From assembly GCA_950097015.1 (NCBI GenBank), contig CATNEN010000029.1, positions 3,906,001-3,970,000 on the forward strand: 64,000 nucleotides of DNA. Direction: 5' to 3'. The notes under the pieces were generated by a model. That model did no database searches. It saw only the letters and a list, made by a program, of their open reading frames with translations, and was not told the origin of the DNA. Source of the DNA: Macrostomum hystrix (lineage: Eukaryota; Animalia; Platyhelminthes). The position numbers and the translations under genes were made by a program. The stretch's first letter is position 1, and the number at the start of each line of letters is the position of its first letter. Positions 32,883-46,660 of the stretch are shown in pieces.

Positions 32883-33457
32883 TGCTTCACAATGTCTGCT
32901 TCACAGCATTTGCTTCACAATGTCTGCTTCACAGCATTTGCTTCACAATGTCTGCTTCACAGCATTTGCTTCACAATGTCTGCTTCACAGCATTTGCTTC
33001 ACAATGTCTGCTTCACAGCATTTGCTTCACAATGTCTGCTTCACAGCATTTGCTTCACAATGTCTGCTTCACAGCATTTGCTTCACAATGTCTGCTTCAC
33101 AGCATTTGCTTCACAATGTCTGCTTTACATCATTTGCTTCACAATGTCTGCTTCACAGCATTTGCTTCACAATGTCTGCTTCACAGCATTTGCTTCACAA
33201 TGTCTGCTTCACAGCATTTGCTTCACAATGTCTGCTTCACAGCATTTGCTTCACAATGTCTGCTTCACAGCATTTGCTTCACAATGTCTGCTTCACAGCA
33301 TTTGCTTCACAATGTCTGCTTCACAGCATTTGCTTCACAATGTTTTGCTTCACAGCATTTGCTTCACAATGTCTGCTTCACAGCATTTGCTTCACAATGT
33401 CTGCTTCACAGCATTTGCTTCACAATGTCTGCTTCACAGCATTTGCTTCACAATGTC
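32883..33457. repeat. 28-bp minisatellite (TGCTTCACAATGTC TGCTTCACAGCATT), ~20 units, built from two related 14-mers
   Basis: Directly visible. The 28-aa periodic ORFs are a by-product. Confidence 0.95.
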
Positions 33458-33483
33458 AGCCTCACAAAGTCTTGTTCTATGTC

Positions 33484-33837
33484 TAGGGGTCGGCAAACAT
33501 ATTAGCTAGCGGGCCAAAAAGAGAACCTAAAAGACGACAGCGGGCCGCATTGACTGTAGAAATATAAGAGAAATATATCAGAGATAGGGGAGAGATGAGA
33601 CACAGGAGAGATGGGACACAGGAGAGATGAGACACAGGAGAGATGGGACAAAGGAGAGACAAGGCACGGAAGAGACGAGACAATGGAGAGATAAGACACG
33701 GGAGAGACGAGACAATGGAGAGATAAGACAGGGGAAAGATGAAACAGTATACTATAGGTGTCGGAAGGGGCAACGGGCTGGATTTGGGAGCTTTGAGGGT
33801 TGCATCTGGGACGCGGGCCGGAGTTTGCCCACCCCTG
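33484..33837. mobile_element. Possible hAT-type MITE remnant
   Basis: Imperfect 15-bp terminal inverted repeats TAGGGGTCGGCAAAC (33484) and GTTTGCCCACCCCTG (33823-33837), each with a nearby GCGGGCC motif, resembling hAT/Charlie-type ends. No clean 8-bp TSD found. Confidence 0.45.
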
Positions 33838-33890
33838 GACTAGGTCAACGAAGTAAAGTTTAAAAAAGAATTCGGAGATAAGCTGAAAGT

Positions 33891-34038
33891 TTAGAATTTG
33901 CATAAAAACATTTTTTCATTAGTTGAAACAATGTGCGTCACCAATTTACTCAATTTAGAATATTAGCTATTTAGAATTTGCATAAAAACATTTTTTCATT
34001 AGTTGAAGCAATGTACGTCACCAATTTACTCAATTTAG
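33891..34038. repeat. Direct duplication of ~68 bp (80-bp period)
   Basis: TTAGAATTTGCATAAAAACATTTTTTCATTAGTTGAA...CTCAATTTAG at 33891 and 33971. Confidence 0.85.
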
Positions 34039-34307
34039 CTATTTAGAATCGACGAATTTACTTCAAGTGTTGCCTTCATGCATGTGTCGCTGATTTTATG
34101 TATGCGTCGCCGATTTTAAGCCTGTGTCGCCGATTTTAAGTATGTGTCGCCGATTTAAAGCACGCGTTACCAATGAAAAAATTGAAACAATGCATGCCAA
34201 ACGCGGACCCTCTAACAGCGCATTTTCCAAGCATGGTATACTGCACAAAGCGTTGAGTTGCAGACTTCATGCTAAAGATAAATCAAATTTGAAATTTCAA
34301 TAGCATC

Positions 34308-34722
34308 TCACTCCCCACCTCACTCCTACACCCAACTCACTCCTACACCCCCTCACTCCTACACCCACCTCACTCCTACACCCCCTCACTCCTACACCCA
34401 CCTCACTCATGCACCCACCTCACTCCTACACCCACCTCACTCCTACCCACACCCCACTCCTACACCCACCTCACTCCTACACCCACCTCACTCCTACACC
34501 CACCTCACTCCTACCCACACCCCACTCCTACACCCACCTCACTCCTACACCCACCTCACTCCTACCCACACCTCACTCCTACACCCACTCACTCCTACCC
34601 CACCTCACTCCTAACACCCATCTCACTCCTACACCCACCTCACTCCTACCCACACCTCACTCCTACACCCACCTCACTCCTTCACCAACCTCACTCCTAC
34701 CCCACCTCACTCCTAACACCCA
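34308..34722. repeat. Imperfect ~17-bp C-rich minisatellite (CCTCACTCCTACACCCA)
   Basis: Directly visible. Confidence 0.88.
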
Positions 34723-35159
34723 TCGCATTCCTGATAAAATGGGACGCCCTTGAGTAAATCTGAGACTCAAAGAGAAAATAAAAACAAACAGAAAGGATAG
34801 ACAATGTAATGCGAGTTGTAATGAATTTTTTTCAGAAAAATAAAAAGGGCGAGAAAAAGAGTAATTGTAACAGCTAAATAAGTTTATTGATTCGATAGAT
34901 TGAAAATCCAGACAATTCTATAGTTGATAAAAATCTGAGTATGAAACTGGGGATTAAGTAGAATGAATCGATCTGCCCGCAAAGCACGGAGACAAGATTA
35001 AAAATGGGGATCCTCTCTAACTGACGAAACAAAAAATGAGAGGAGACACTCGCGGGGGAACACGAGATTATACAGGTTGGTTGCAGAGGTACAAGAGAAA
35101 GAGGTATAGAAACGATCAGGAAGAAGTGGAGCTGGAAAGGTGACAGGATCAATCAAAAT

Positions 35160-35760
35160 GGGAGAGGGAGAGAGAGGAAGAGAGAAGAAGATGGGAAGGA
35201 ATGAGAGGTAAAGAAGCCAGAGAATAGTTAGACTGTTGGAGGATTTGTAGAATGAGAGAATAATTATAGGAGAAGGGGATAGAGGGTTAGGAGAAGGAAG
35301 GGATGATTAGGAGAAGGGAATAAGGATTAGAATAAGTGAAAGTAGGATTTGGAGAAGGGATTGAGGATTATGATAGGGTGAAAGGATTAGGAGAAGGGAG
35401 AGAAGGATTAAGAGAAGGGATAGAAGGATTAGGGAAGGGAGAGAAGGATTAGGGAAGGAGAGAAGGATTAAGAGAAGGGATAGAAGGATTAGGGAAGGGA
35501 GAGAAGGATTAGGGAAGGAGAGAAGGATTAGGGAAGGGAGAGAAGGATTAGCAAAAGGTAGAGAATGATTAGGTGAAGGGAGAGAAGGATTAAGAGTAGG
35601 GAGAGAAGGATTAAGAGTACGGAGAGAAGAGAAGGATTATGAGTAGGGAGAGAAGGATTAGGGAAGGGAGAGAAGGATTGGCAAAAGGTAGAGATGGATT
35701 AGGTGAAGGGAGAGGGATTAGGAAAGGTAGAGGGAAGAATAGGAAGAAGGAGAGAGGATG
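35160..35760. repeat. Purine-rich imperfect ~20-bp repeat (GAGAAGGATTAGGGAAGGGA)
   Basis: Directly visible. Confidence 0.8.
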
Positions 35761-37619
35761 AAGAAGAATAAAAGAGAGGGTTTGTGGGTAGGGGAGAGGA
35801 CAGGGGAGAACGAAGAGTTGAAGAGAGGCGCAGAGTAAAATGGGAAAGAGGGTAGAGTTTCGGAGAAGAGTAAATCTCGAAACTTAGAAGGTAAATTAGA
35901 TACGGGGTATCCAGAAGACAGTTGTCTATATTTTTATTCATTACATTCTTAGGGGAAAAGTCTAGAGGGGAAACGAAGTGTGGCAATTAGGTGCTGCAGA
36001 TGTGTGCCAAATCAAAATGAAAAATAAAACTGACATTTCCCGTGAATTCGCGCAAAACGACAGCGCCAGAATACTACTTATGTAGACAGCGGCTTCCTGC
36101 TCGACACTAAACTGGAGCATTCCCCGCCCCTCCCAAGAAAAAAATAATTTTCCCGATTTCTCGATTCGTGCCGCGGCACTGGCAGCGGCCTAGTAGGAGG
36201 CGGGGAGGGAGGCGGGGAGGCGGACTTCCTCCCACTCCACCCGTCCCCAACCCGTCCCCCCGGGGGATCATGTTCCCGCCGCGCCGCAGCAGCAACTCCC
36301 GCTTCTATCCCCTCTCTCCCCTCTGGCCCGGAGAGCGCTGAGTCACCACCCCACATCGCGGCCTCTTTTTCCCAAAGGCATCAAGCTGCATCAGCCAGCC
36401 TTACTGGGATCTTTGGGGGGATTTTGAATTCTTTAGATTTCGTTTTTGGGAATAACGCAGAATATTCAGGCACGGACAGAAATGCACACTGCCTGTTTCT
36501 TAGGCCTGGTGCAGCCCGAAGATGAATAGTTTATATATGAAAATAAGAACATTTTGTTCCTCAATAAGATGCGGAACATTTAAAATTACAAATTTAGTGT
36601 ACGTAGACTAGCAATTTCTGCCCCCAAAATTTAAGAGAACTCATAATAAAAATATTCTAGATTATGTTGCGGCATGTATTTGGCACAGCTCTGGTAAGGA
36701 AGGGAAGCAGTTAGTATAAGACTCGGCTTTGGCTAGTACTGAAAGAGTTAAGGGCGAGAAAGACTGAGGAGAGCTGGTCGATGAAGTGTACTGTGTTAGC
36801 CAATGTACATTCCTCTCTATCGGCTGCATGCGTGCCTGAAGGGGAATGCGGAATGCAAGTCTGAGGGCAGAGGAGGGCAGAGAGGGAGAGAGTCTAGTCA
36901 AGGGCGGGGCTGCACTGCATTGCATACATGCGGCTGCTTATATTAATATTTACTAATAGCACTGCCGAAGGAGTATATGGGATCAATACTTTACTTTGCC
37001 GAGGTGGAGAGAAGGAACGAGAGGAAGGAATGAGGCAGGGAGTTGGGAAGCACCAACCCCCTCACAGTACCGAGGCAATGCTGCTTGTAGGCAAGATCTA
37101 TACTGCGCTGCATATGCCTTTAGCTGTTGTACTCGCATATGCTAGCATAGCCATGGGCTTGCCATATAGGCCTTCCTCGCCTTAGGCCCGTGCGTGTGTT
37201 TTTGGTTGGTGCCTCCCTGTCCGTCAGTTGCACCGCAGCTGTACTAACTTTTTATATTATTTTTGTTAGCTTTTATGCAACTCGATTTGCCGATAGAAGC
37301 CTATGGATATTGGTCCTACATAGCTATGAAATGCATGTGAAGCTCATAAATGGATTTTCGAATAAATTAGAAATTTCTTTTAAAATAAAACTCACGATAC
37401 TAAGGTACAATTAACCTAATCTGGGCTACAGAAATATTAGAACGAATACTAGGTAACGTACGGACTGTAGTGCCAAGAAAATAAATTTGCGAGATGAATA
37501 ATCGATGGAGGGAGCTGGAGAGAGGGAGAGAGGAGGAGACAGAAGAATTTACATTCAATCACGGGTACTAACAAAGTTTAAATGCCCATATTTCGAATAA
37601 TTTTTTGAAGGAGAAAAAA

Positions 37620-38600
37620 CGAGAGAAGGAGAGATGGAGAGATAGTAGGAGAGAAGGAGAGATAGTAGGAGAGAAGGAGAGATAGTAGGAGAGAAGGAGA
37701 GATAGTAGGAGAGAAGGAGAGATAGTAGGAGAGAAGGAGAGATAGTAGGAGAGAAGGAGAGATAGTAGGAGAGAAGGAGAGATTGTAGGCGAGAAGGAGA
37801 GATAGTAGGAGAGAAGGAGAGATAGTAGGAGAGAAGGAGAGATAGTAGGAGAGATGGAGAGATAGTAGGCGAGAAGGAGAGATTGTAGGAGAGATAGAGA
37901 GATTTTTTTATTACACCTGCCCCAAATGGGTCAGATGTGCAGCCGACAGCACAGCCGCAGCTAATGCGCGGCGCATCTGAAGGCTGCGTACAGCTGTTCA
38001 GTCCACGGACTGGGGGGACGCCACACCCACCTTCAATTATCCCAGCTGATGCTGGCACCCATTTAACAGCTGGGTGAACTGAAGCAATGCAGAGTTAAGT
38101 GTCTTGCTAAAGGACGCAAATTGTTCCAGTGGAGTCGGGAATCGAACCCCCGACCTTCAAGTCGTGAGTCCGACGCCCTAAACACTAGGCTACAACCTCT
38201 AAAACCTCTGGAGAGATAGTAGGAGAGATGGAGAGAGAGAGAAGGAGAGATGGAGAGAGATAGTAGGAGAGATGGAGACAGAGAAGGAGAGATAGAGAGA
38301 GAGAAGGCGAGATGGAGAGAGAGAGAGAAGGAGAGATGGAGAGAGGGAGAGAGGAGAGATGGAGAGGAAGAAGGAGAGATGGAGAGAGAGAAGGAGAGAT
38401 GGAGAGAAAGAAGGATAGATGGAGAGAGAGAAGGAGAGATGGAGAGAGAGAAGGAGAGATGGAGAGAGAAAAGGAGAGATGGAGAGAAAGAAGGAGAGAT
38501 GGAGAGAGAAAAGGAGAGATGGAGAGAAAGAAGGAGAGATGGAGAGAGAAAAGGAGAGATGGAGAGAGAAGGAGAGATGGGGAGAGAGAGGGAGAGATAG
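37620..38600. repeat. GA-rich ~20-bp arrays (GAGATAGTAGGAGAGAAGGA; GAGATGGAGAGAGAGAAGGA) interrupted by a SINE
   Basis: Arrays at 37620-37900 and 38205-38600. Confidence 0.85.
37903..38200 (-). mobile_element. tRNA-derived SINE with a CORE-like central domain, copy 1
   Basis: Minus strand: A-box-like TAGCCTAGTG, B-box GGTTCGATTCC, then CCTTTAGCAAGACACTTAAC...CAGTTCACCCAGCTGTTAAATGGG (resembles the CORE/MIR core), and a short A tail. Second copy at 58.9 kb. Confidence 0.75.
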
Positions 38601-39381
38601 AGAATACAATAGAAACAAGTATGTATGCGCAATACGAGGCGCGTATTACGTAAAATATACGTACAAACTACAATATAATTTGTAGGACTCGCAGAAATGC
38701 AGATTGAGGCCTAAGCTGAGCGACCTAAAAAGCGAAATAGGCAAGCGAAACTAAAATAAAAACGGTGGCGAGGTAGGTAAAACTAAAATGAAAGGACTCA
38801 CAATAAAAATTATAGAAAATAATTCACGGGCACCGAGCACGGCGTCAGATAAAACAAAAAAGCCGAAAATTGAACGTCATAAAAATGCTCAATTTCGATC
38901 GATTGGCACTCAGACTCAGTCCATAGGTCCTAGCCGACTGTGGCAGAGCAGCTGCCGCAGGCTCTTGCCCTTGGTGGGTAGCACATGGGCTTCACAGAGC
39001 CACCTGGCCTCTCACCTTGGCAACTAAGGCGTCAGATGTCCCACCGTGTGAGTATTAGGTCCTAAGGACTTCAATCAGCTTGGGTTCTTGGCTCATTGAT
39101 TGGCCTTTGGACCTGAACCGTCACGGGTTCCATACCCTGGTGAACACGAAGTCCGCCAGAGAGAATGAGAAATTGAGAGAGAGGGCGAGAGAGAGACGGG
39201 GAGAGAGATAGAGAGAACGATAGAGAGAATGAGATATGGAGAGAGAGAGGGAGAGAGGGAGAGAGCGGGAGAGAGGAGAGAGGACACTGCCCATTGAATT
39301 AAAATAATCTAATTTTGGAATCGATTCCGATATGTATAGAAAAAAATTGAAATCCGGATTCGAACCAAGGCAACTCCAGAC

Positions 39382-39668
39382 GCAATTCTGCCCATTTCGC
39401 TGACTCCTGAGCACACACGCACACAGATACCGTACGCAGGAACACACTCACACAGGTGTGTACATCTGCCCTGACTTTCTCATCGTCAGGCAGTGTACAC
39501 TTTCACTGTGCCTTGGAGGTTGGCCCTCAAGGGCGGAAATTGCACAGAAAGCCCCCAAGCCTTCTCTCCCCGGCTGCGCCCCAAATGAATGTGGCCTCGC
39601 CGCGGAATCGAACTCAGGAACCTTGGTGCGAGAGGCAAACGCGTTAACCGCTCCGCCACTCGCCGCCA
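39382..39668 (-). mobile_element. Second tRNA-headed SINE-like family, copy 1
   Basis: Minus-strand head TGGCGGAGCGG...GAGTTCGATTCC (A/B-box-like). A related, internally deleted copy lies at 46661-46864. Confidence 0.6.
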
Positions 39669-40159
39669 AAATGCCAATCGAAACAAACACAAAAATAATG
39701 ATTCAGTATGTCTTAAAAATACATTTTTTGTTTGACAAACGCCACCAGCCAGACAGCCTGTCACATTGTTGAATTCGCAGGGCAGGACACACCTTGAGCT
39801 GTTAATTGAGAACTGCGGTTACTATGTAGGGACTAGTATTGCAATTGTCTCCAAATGACGATGGTACTATATGGACTGAAGTGTCACTCAACAGTTAAGA
39901 CTTAAAATATATTAATTTGAGATGGTATATTCAGTATGCGGTCCTAGCATGCAGTTTGCAAAAAATAGTAAAATTTAATAAGTTGACTGCTACAGGCTGG
40001 ACAATGGCTTTCTGAGTCTATGTGAGATAGGAGAGATTTGCACATCTTCCAATATAAGCTCGTAATCGTATGAACACCAAAATGTAAATGTAAACACCAA
40101 TAACCCTTTCGTGACTCACGGGTCAGAGAACTGCTGACTTTTTCTTGGAGTTAGGGATC

Positions 40160-40600
40160 TCACTCTTGCCATTCTGTCACTCTTGCCATTCTGTCACTCT
40201 TGCCATTCTGTCACTCTTGCCATTCTGTCACTCTTGCCATTCTGTCACTCTTGCCATTCTGTCACTCTTGCCATTCTGTCACTCTTGCCATTCTGTCACT
40301 CTTGCCATTCTGTCACTCTTGCCATTCTGTCACTCTTGCCATTCTGTCACTCTTGCCATTCTGTCACTCTTGCCATTCTGTCACTCTTGCCATTCTGTCA
40401 CTCTTGCCATTCTGTCACTCTTGCCATTCTGTCACTCTTGCCATTCTGTCACTCTTGCCATTCTGTCACTCTTGCCATTCTGTCACTCTTGCCATTCTGT
40501 CACTCTTGCCATTCTGTCACTCTTGCCATTCTGTCACTCTTGCCATTCTGTCACTCTTGCCATTCTGTCACTCTTGCCATTCTGTCACTCTTGCCATTCT
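40160..40600. repeat. 17-bp minisatellite (TCACTCTTGCCATTCTG), ~26 near-perfect units
   Basis: Directly visible. Confidence 0.95.
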
Positions 40601-40842
40601 ACCATTCCGGCAGTCTCTATCTAAAATAGTTGTGGTCAGAGGCATTAGATACGACGTAGATGCAAGCCTCTATAGGTATTTAAATAATTTCGTTCTTATC
40701 TATTTCTCAAAGCACTTGATAACTTGTAGATTTCTTACAGAAATATTGTGTAATTAAAAATAAAAAAATAATTTATCTGTTTATATGGTCTCTACCAAAA
40801 AATGATTTTCCGTTTCACTATTGTGCAATTGAGACTTTTCCA

Positions 40843-42820
40843 TCTTACTCGCTACTTTTCCATCTTTCTCGCTACTTTTCCATCTTTCTCGTTACTTTTC
40901 CATTTTTCTCGCTACTTTTCCATCTTTCTCGCTACTTTTCCATCTATCTCGCTACTTTTTCATCTTTCTCGCTACTTTTCCATCTTTCTCGTTACTTTTC
41001 CATTTTTCTCGCTACTTTTCCATCTTTCTCGCTACCTTTCCATCATTCCAGCTACCTTTCTGTCTATCTAGACAGCTACCTCTCTATCTAGCCAGCTACC
41101 TTTCTATCTAGCCAGCTACCTTTCTATCTAGCCAGCTACCTTTCTATCTAGCCAGCTACCTTTCTATCTAGCCAGCTACCTTTCTATCTAGCCAGCTACC
41201 TTTCTATCTAGCCAGCTACCTTTCCATCTAGCCAGCTACCTTTCTATCTAGCCAGCTACCTTTCTATCTAGCCAGCTACCTTTCTATCTAGCCAGCTACC
41301 TTTCTATCTAGACAGCTACCTTTCTATCTACACAGCTACCTTTCTATCTAGCCAGCTACCTTTCTATCTAGCCAGCTACCTTTCTATCTAGCCAGCTACC
41401 TTTCTATCTAGACAGCTACCTTTCTATCTAGCCAGCTACCTTTCTATCTAGCCAGCTACCTTTCTATCTACACAGCTACCTTTCTATCTAGCCAGCTACC
41501 TTTCTATCTAGCCAGCTACCTTTCTATCTAGCCAGCTACCTTTCTATCTAGCCAGCTACCTTTCTATCTAGCCAGCTACCTTTCTATCTAGACAGCTACC
41601 TTTCTATCTACACAGCTACCTTTCTATCTAGCCAGCTACCTTTCTATCTAGCCAGCTACCTTTCTATCTAGCCAGCTACCTTTCTATCTAGACAGCTACC
41701 TTTCTATCTAGACAGCTACCTTTCTATCTACACAGCTACCTTTCTATCTAGCCAGCTACCTTTCTATCTAGCCAGCTACCTTTCTATCTAGCCAGCTACC
41801 TTTCTATCTAGACAGCTACCTTTCTATCTAGCCAGCTACCTTTCTATCTAGCCAGCTACCTTTCTATCTACACAGCTACCTTTCTATCTAGCCAGCTACC
41901 TTTCTATCTAGCCAGCTACCTTTCTATCTAGCCAGCTACCTTTCTATCTAGCCAGCTACCTTTCTATCTAGCCAGCTACCTTTCTATCTAGCCAGCTACC
42001 TTTCTATCTAGACAGCTACCTTTCTATCTAGCCAGCTACCTTTCTATCTAGCCAGCTACCTTTCTATCTAGACAGCTACCTTTCTATCTAGCCAGCTACC
42101 TTTCTATCTACACAGCTACCTTTCTATCTACACAGCTACCTTTCTATCTAGCCAGCTACCTTTCTATCTAGCCAGCTACCTTTCTATCTAGCCAGCTACC
42201 TTTCTATCTAGCCAGCTACCTTTCTATCTAGCCAGCTACCTTTCTATCTAGCCAGCTACCTTTCTATCTAGCCAGCTACCTTTCTATCTAGACAGCTACC
42301 TTTCTATCTACACAGCTACCTTTCTATCTAGCCAGCTACCTTTCTATCTAGCCAGCTACCTTTCTATCTAGCCAGCTACCTTTCTATCTAGACAGCTACC
42401 TTTCTATCTAGACAGCTACCTTTCTATCTACACAGCTACCTTTCTATCTAGCCAGCTACCTTTCTATCTAGCCAGCTACCTTTCTATCTAGCCAGCTACC
42501 TTTCTATCTAGACAGCTACCTTTCTATCTAGCCAGCTACCTTTCTATCTAGCCAGCTACCTTTCTATCTACACAGCTACCTTTCTATCTAGCCAGCTACC
42601 TTTCTATCTAGCCAGCTACCTTTCTATCTAGCCAGCTACCTTTCTATCTAGCCAGCTACCTTTCTATCTAGCCAGCTACCTTTCTATCTAGCCAGCTACC
42701 TTTCTATCTAGACAGCTACCTTTCTATCTAGCCAGCTACCTTTCTATCTAGCCAGCTACCTTTCTATCTAGACAGCTACCTTTCTATCTAGCCAGCTACC
42801 TTTCTATCTAGACAGCTACC
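40843..42820. repeat. 20-bp minisatellite: TCTCGCTACTTTTCCATCTT block (~40843-41040) followed by CTATCTAGCCAGCTACCTTT block (~41066-42820, ~88 units)
   Basis: Directly visible. GCC/GAC/CAC unit variants. Confidence 0.95.
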
Positions 42821-43494
42821 TGATTCTATCTATCTCTCCAATATGCGAGTAGCTGTTCCCATTGCTTTAATCTACCTGTAGCTGGGGGGAATTAATAAAC
42901 TTAATAAATGGTATAGCAGTATAAGAATCCCAAACGGGCCAATGCTTTCCCAATCCGCGCATTGGGTGGGGGAAGTAAGCTGCGACGCTTCATTTTCTCC
43001 CTATTGGGCGCGCACCGGGGTCTCGGGACTCGGAGGGGGTTTGGAGGGCCGGCGGCGGTGGGGGCGGCGGAGAGGGGCGGAGGTGGGGCGGGAGGCCAGT
43101 GAGAGAGAGAGCAAATTAGTGTTTATAGAAGAAAGTGACAATACGGGGAAGCAGTTTAATTGACAGGCAGTCATAAATTGCTGGACTTGATGATTGATTA
43201 ATGTCACGGAGATTAAAGTAATCAATGATATGACAATACCTAACAAATCAACAAAGTGATTCTGACTGACTTTCAACTACACGACTATCTTTTGCTGTTA
43301 ACGGTATTCACTAGGCGTGAATCTTAAAACGAAAATATTCTGGTGCTAACGGCTCGTATTAAATAGGCGTTTGATTGCATCACTGTGGGAATTGTATTAT
43401 ACATTCCTAGAATTCTTTGCACCACATTCTTAGAAATCTCGACGCACCATTTCAACAAATCCCAATGCAAATGAATGGCGCCGATAATACATAT

Positions 43495-45612
43495 GTCACT
43501 CCATAGTTCTGTCACTCCCACAATTCTGTCACTCCATAATTCTGTCACTACATAATTCTGTCACTACATAATTCTGTCACTCCCACAATTCTGTCACTAC
43601 ATAATTCTGTCACTACATAATTCTGTCACTACATAATTCTGTCACTACATAATTCTGTCACTACATAATTCTGTCACTCCATAGTTCTGTCACTCCCACA
43701 ATTCTGTCACTCCATAATTCTGTCACTCCCATAATTCCATCACTCCCATAATTCCATCACTCCCATAATTCTGTCACTACATAATTCTGTCACTCCCATA
43801 ATTCTGTCACTACATAATTCCATCACTCCCATAATTCCATCACTCCCATAATTCCATCACTCCCATAATTCTGTCACTACATAATTCCATCACTCCCATA
43901 ATTCCATCACTCCCATAATTCCATCACTCCCATAATTCCATCACTCCCATAATTCTGTCACTACATAATTCCATCACTCCCATAATTCCATCACTCCCAT
44001 AATTCCATCACTCCCATAATTCTGTCACTACATAATTCCATCACTCCCATAATTCCATCACTCCCATAATTCTGTCACTCCATAATTCCATCACTCCTAT
44101 AATTCTGTCACTACATAATTCCATCACTCCCATAATTCCATCACTCCCATAATTCTGTCACTCCATAATTCCATCACTCCTATAATTCTGTCACTACATA
44201 ATTCCATCACTCCCATAATTCTGTCACTACATAATTCCATCACTCCCATAATTCTGTCACTCCCATAATTCCATCACTCCCATAATTCTGTCACTACATA
44301 ATTCCATCACTCCCATAATTCTGTCACTCCCATAATTCCATCACTCCCATAATTCTGTCACTCCATAATTCCATCACTCCCATAATTCTGTCACACCATA
44401 ATTCCATCACTCCCATAATTCTGTCACTCCCATAATTCTGTCACTCCCATAATTCTGTCACTCCCATAATTCTATCACTCCCATAATTCTGTCACTACAT
44501 AATTCTATCACTCCCATAATTCTGTCACTACATAATTCTATCACTCCCATAATTCTGTCACTCCCATAATTCTATCACTCCCATAATTCTGTCACTACAT
44601 AATTCCATCACTCCCATAATTCTGTCACTCCCATAATTCCATCACTCCCATAATTCTGTCACTACATAATTCCATCACTCCCATAATTCTGTCACTCCCA
44701 TAATTCCATCACTCCCATAATTCTGTCACTCCATAATTCCATCACTCCCATAATTCTGTCACTACATAATTCCATCACTCCCATAATTCTGTCACTCCAT
44801 AATTCCATCACTCCCATAATTCTGTCACACCATAATTCCATCACTCCCATAATTCTGTCACTCCCATAATTCTGTCACTCCCATAATTCTGTCACTCCCA
44901 TAATTCTATCACTCCCATAATTCTGTCACTACATAATTCTATCACTCCCATAATTCTGTCACTACATAATTCTATCACTCCCATAATTCTGTCACTCCCA
45001 TAATTCTATCACTCCCATAATTCTGTCACTACATAATTCCATCACTCCCATAATTCTGTCACTCCCATAATTCCATCACTCCCATAATTCTGTCACTACA
45101 TAATTCCATCACTCCCATAATTCTGTCACTCCCATAATTCCATCACTCCCATAATTCTGTCACTCCATAATTCCATCACTCCCATAATTCTGTCACTACA
45201 TAATTCCATCACTCCCATAATTCTGTCACTCCATAATTCCATCACTCCCATAATTCTGTCACACCATAATTCCATCACTCCCATAATTCTGTCACTCCCA
45301 TAATTCTGTCACTCCCATAATTCTGTCACTCCCATAATTCTATCACTCCCATAATTCTGTCACTACATAATTCTATCACTCCCATAATTCTGTCACTACA
45401 TAATTCTATCACTCCCATAATTCTGTCACTCCCATAATTCTATCACTCCCATAATTCTGTCACTACATAATTCTATCACTCCCATAATTCTGTCACTCCG
45501 ATAATTCTGTCACTACATAATTCTATCACTCCCTTAATTCTGTCACTACATAATTCTGTGACTACATAATTCTGTCACTACATAATTCTGTCACTACATA
45601 ATTCTGTCACTC
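43495..45612. repeat. 16/17-bp minisatellite (ATAATTCTGTCACTCCC and variants)
   Basis: Directly visible. Shares ATTCTGTCACTC with the 40.2-kb array. Confidence 0.95.
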
Positions 45613-46660
45613 CACAACTCTGTCTTAGCGAACAGCTCTTAAAATTTCGAAAGAGTTTTCAGGTGAAAATTTTCGGACTAGGTTTATCATAAGATTACTT
45701 CAGATTGCAATTTATGGGGTCTATGAAATTTGCTTGCAGGAATTTTGCTTGCTGAACCTTAGCGAAGCCTCTCTTTGTGCTCATATATTTATTTGTACAA
45801 GACAAATGATCCAAGTGTTGAACGTGGTTAATGTATTTTATTATCTGGCACTGCAGAATAAGTTATGGGAAAAAGCTACGAACACACATTGCACAATTAT
45901 AAAAACGTTCAATACCTAGGTATAAGGTATACCTAGGTAAAAACGTTTATACCTAGATAAATGTTCCGAAGAACGGTCATGAATCGTGTTATTCTACAGT
46001 AAAAAGTACAATCTACTACAAGAACTCGTACAGTTCACTAAGTCCAAGTCTTCTTCTTCTCTCTCGCTCTAAAGCTTGTAGACAATTAATGACAGCTGTT
46101 ATATATATATATTCATAGCTAATAGATCTAGACGATTCGTCTTGTAGTTAGCTCATAGCTCTGCCTGTTATTACCTGCACCACTATGATCATATTCGTTA
46201 TCTGTTCGATCGTGCTGAAATCAGGAACTGCTACAATTTATGCTGCTATTATCCTTCTATTATACTAAATCCTTCGTGTACAAATCCCAAGGTTAGTTCG
46301 AAAGCTTACTGTGAGTGAGTTTACGACATTGCCGCTGATAAGCGTTTGCAAACATTCTGTAGCAATAATTGACTGACAAACTTCGCAAGCAAACAGTCAG
46401 GAAGCTAAGTTCCCGCAAGCAAACTTCGTACTCCCCAATTTGTGTCTAGTTTTTTTATTTTTCTGGAAATCTTTAACAGAATTGACTAGATGTTCTGTTG
46501 ATAAAAATAGAGCAAAAAATCTCAAACGACAGATTGACAGAACCCGAACTGAACGAACCCCAAACGAACTGACAAACCCGTCAAACCCCGGTAGTAGTTG
46601 CAGGAGGGCTGCGGGCAGTGGCACATCATTTGTTGACTGCAGACACGCAGCCAGCAAGGA

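Noticed and set aside
35400-35720. TTAGGG hexamers suggesting telomeric sequence
   Set aside because: They are single hexamers embedded in a 20-bp GA-rich unit, not tandem telomeric repeats.
36078-36360. GC-rich islands (36.1-36.4 kb and 42.9-43.1 kb) as gene promoters
   Set aside because: No associated coding exons were found, so they cannot be supported from sequence alone.
38920-39150. Possible hammerhead or HDV-like ribozyme (CTGATTGAAGTCCTTAGGAC on minus; GGCTTCACAGAGCC hairpin on plus)
   Set aside because: The core lacks the canonical CUGANGA...GAAA, and P1/P1.1 pairings for an HDV fold could not be completed.
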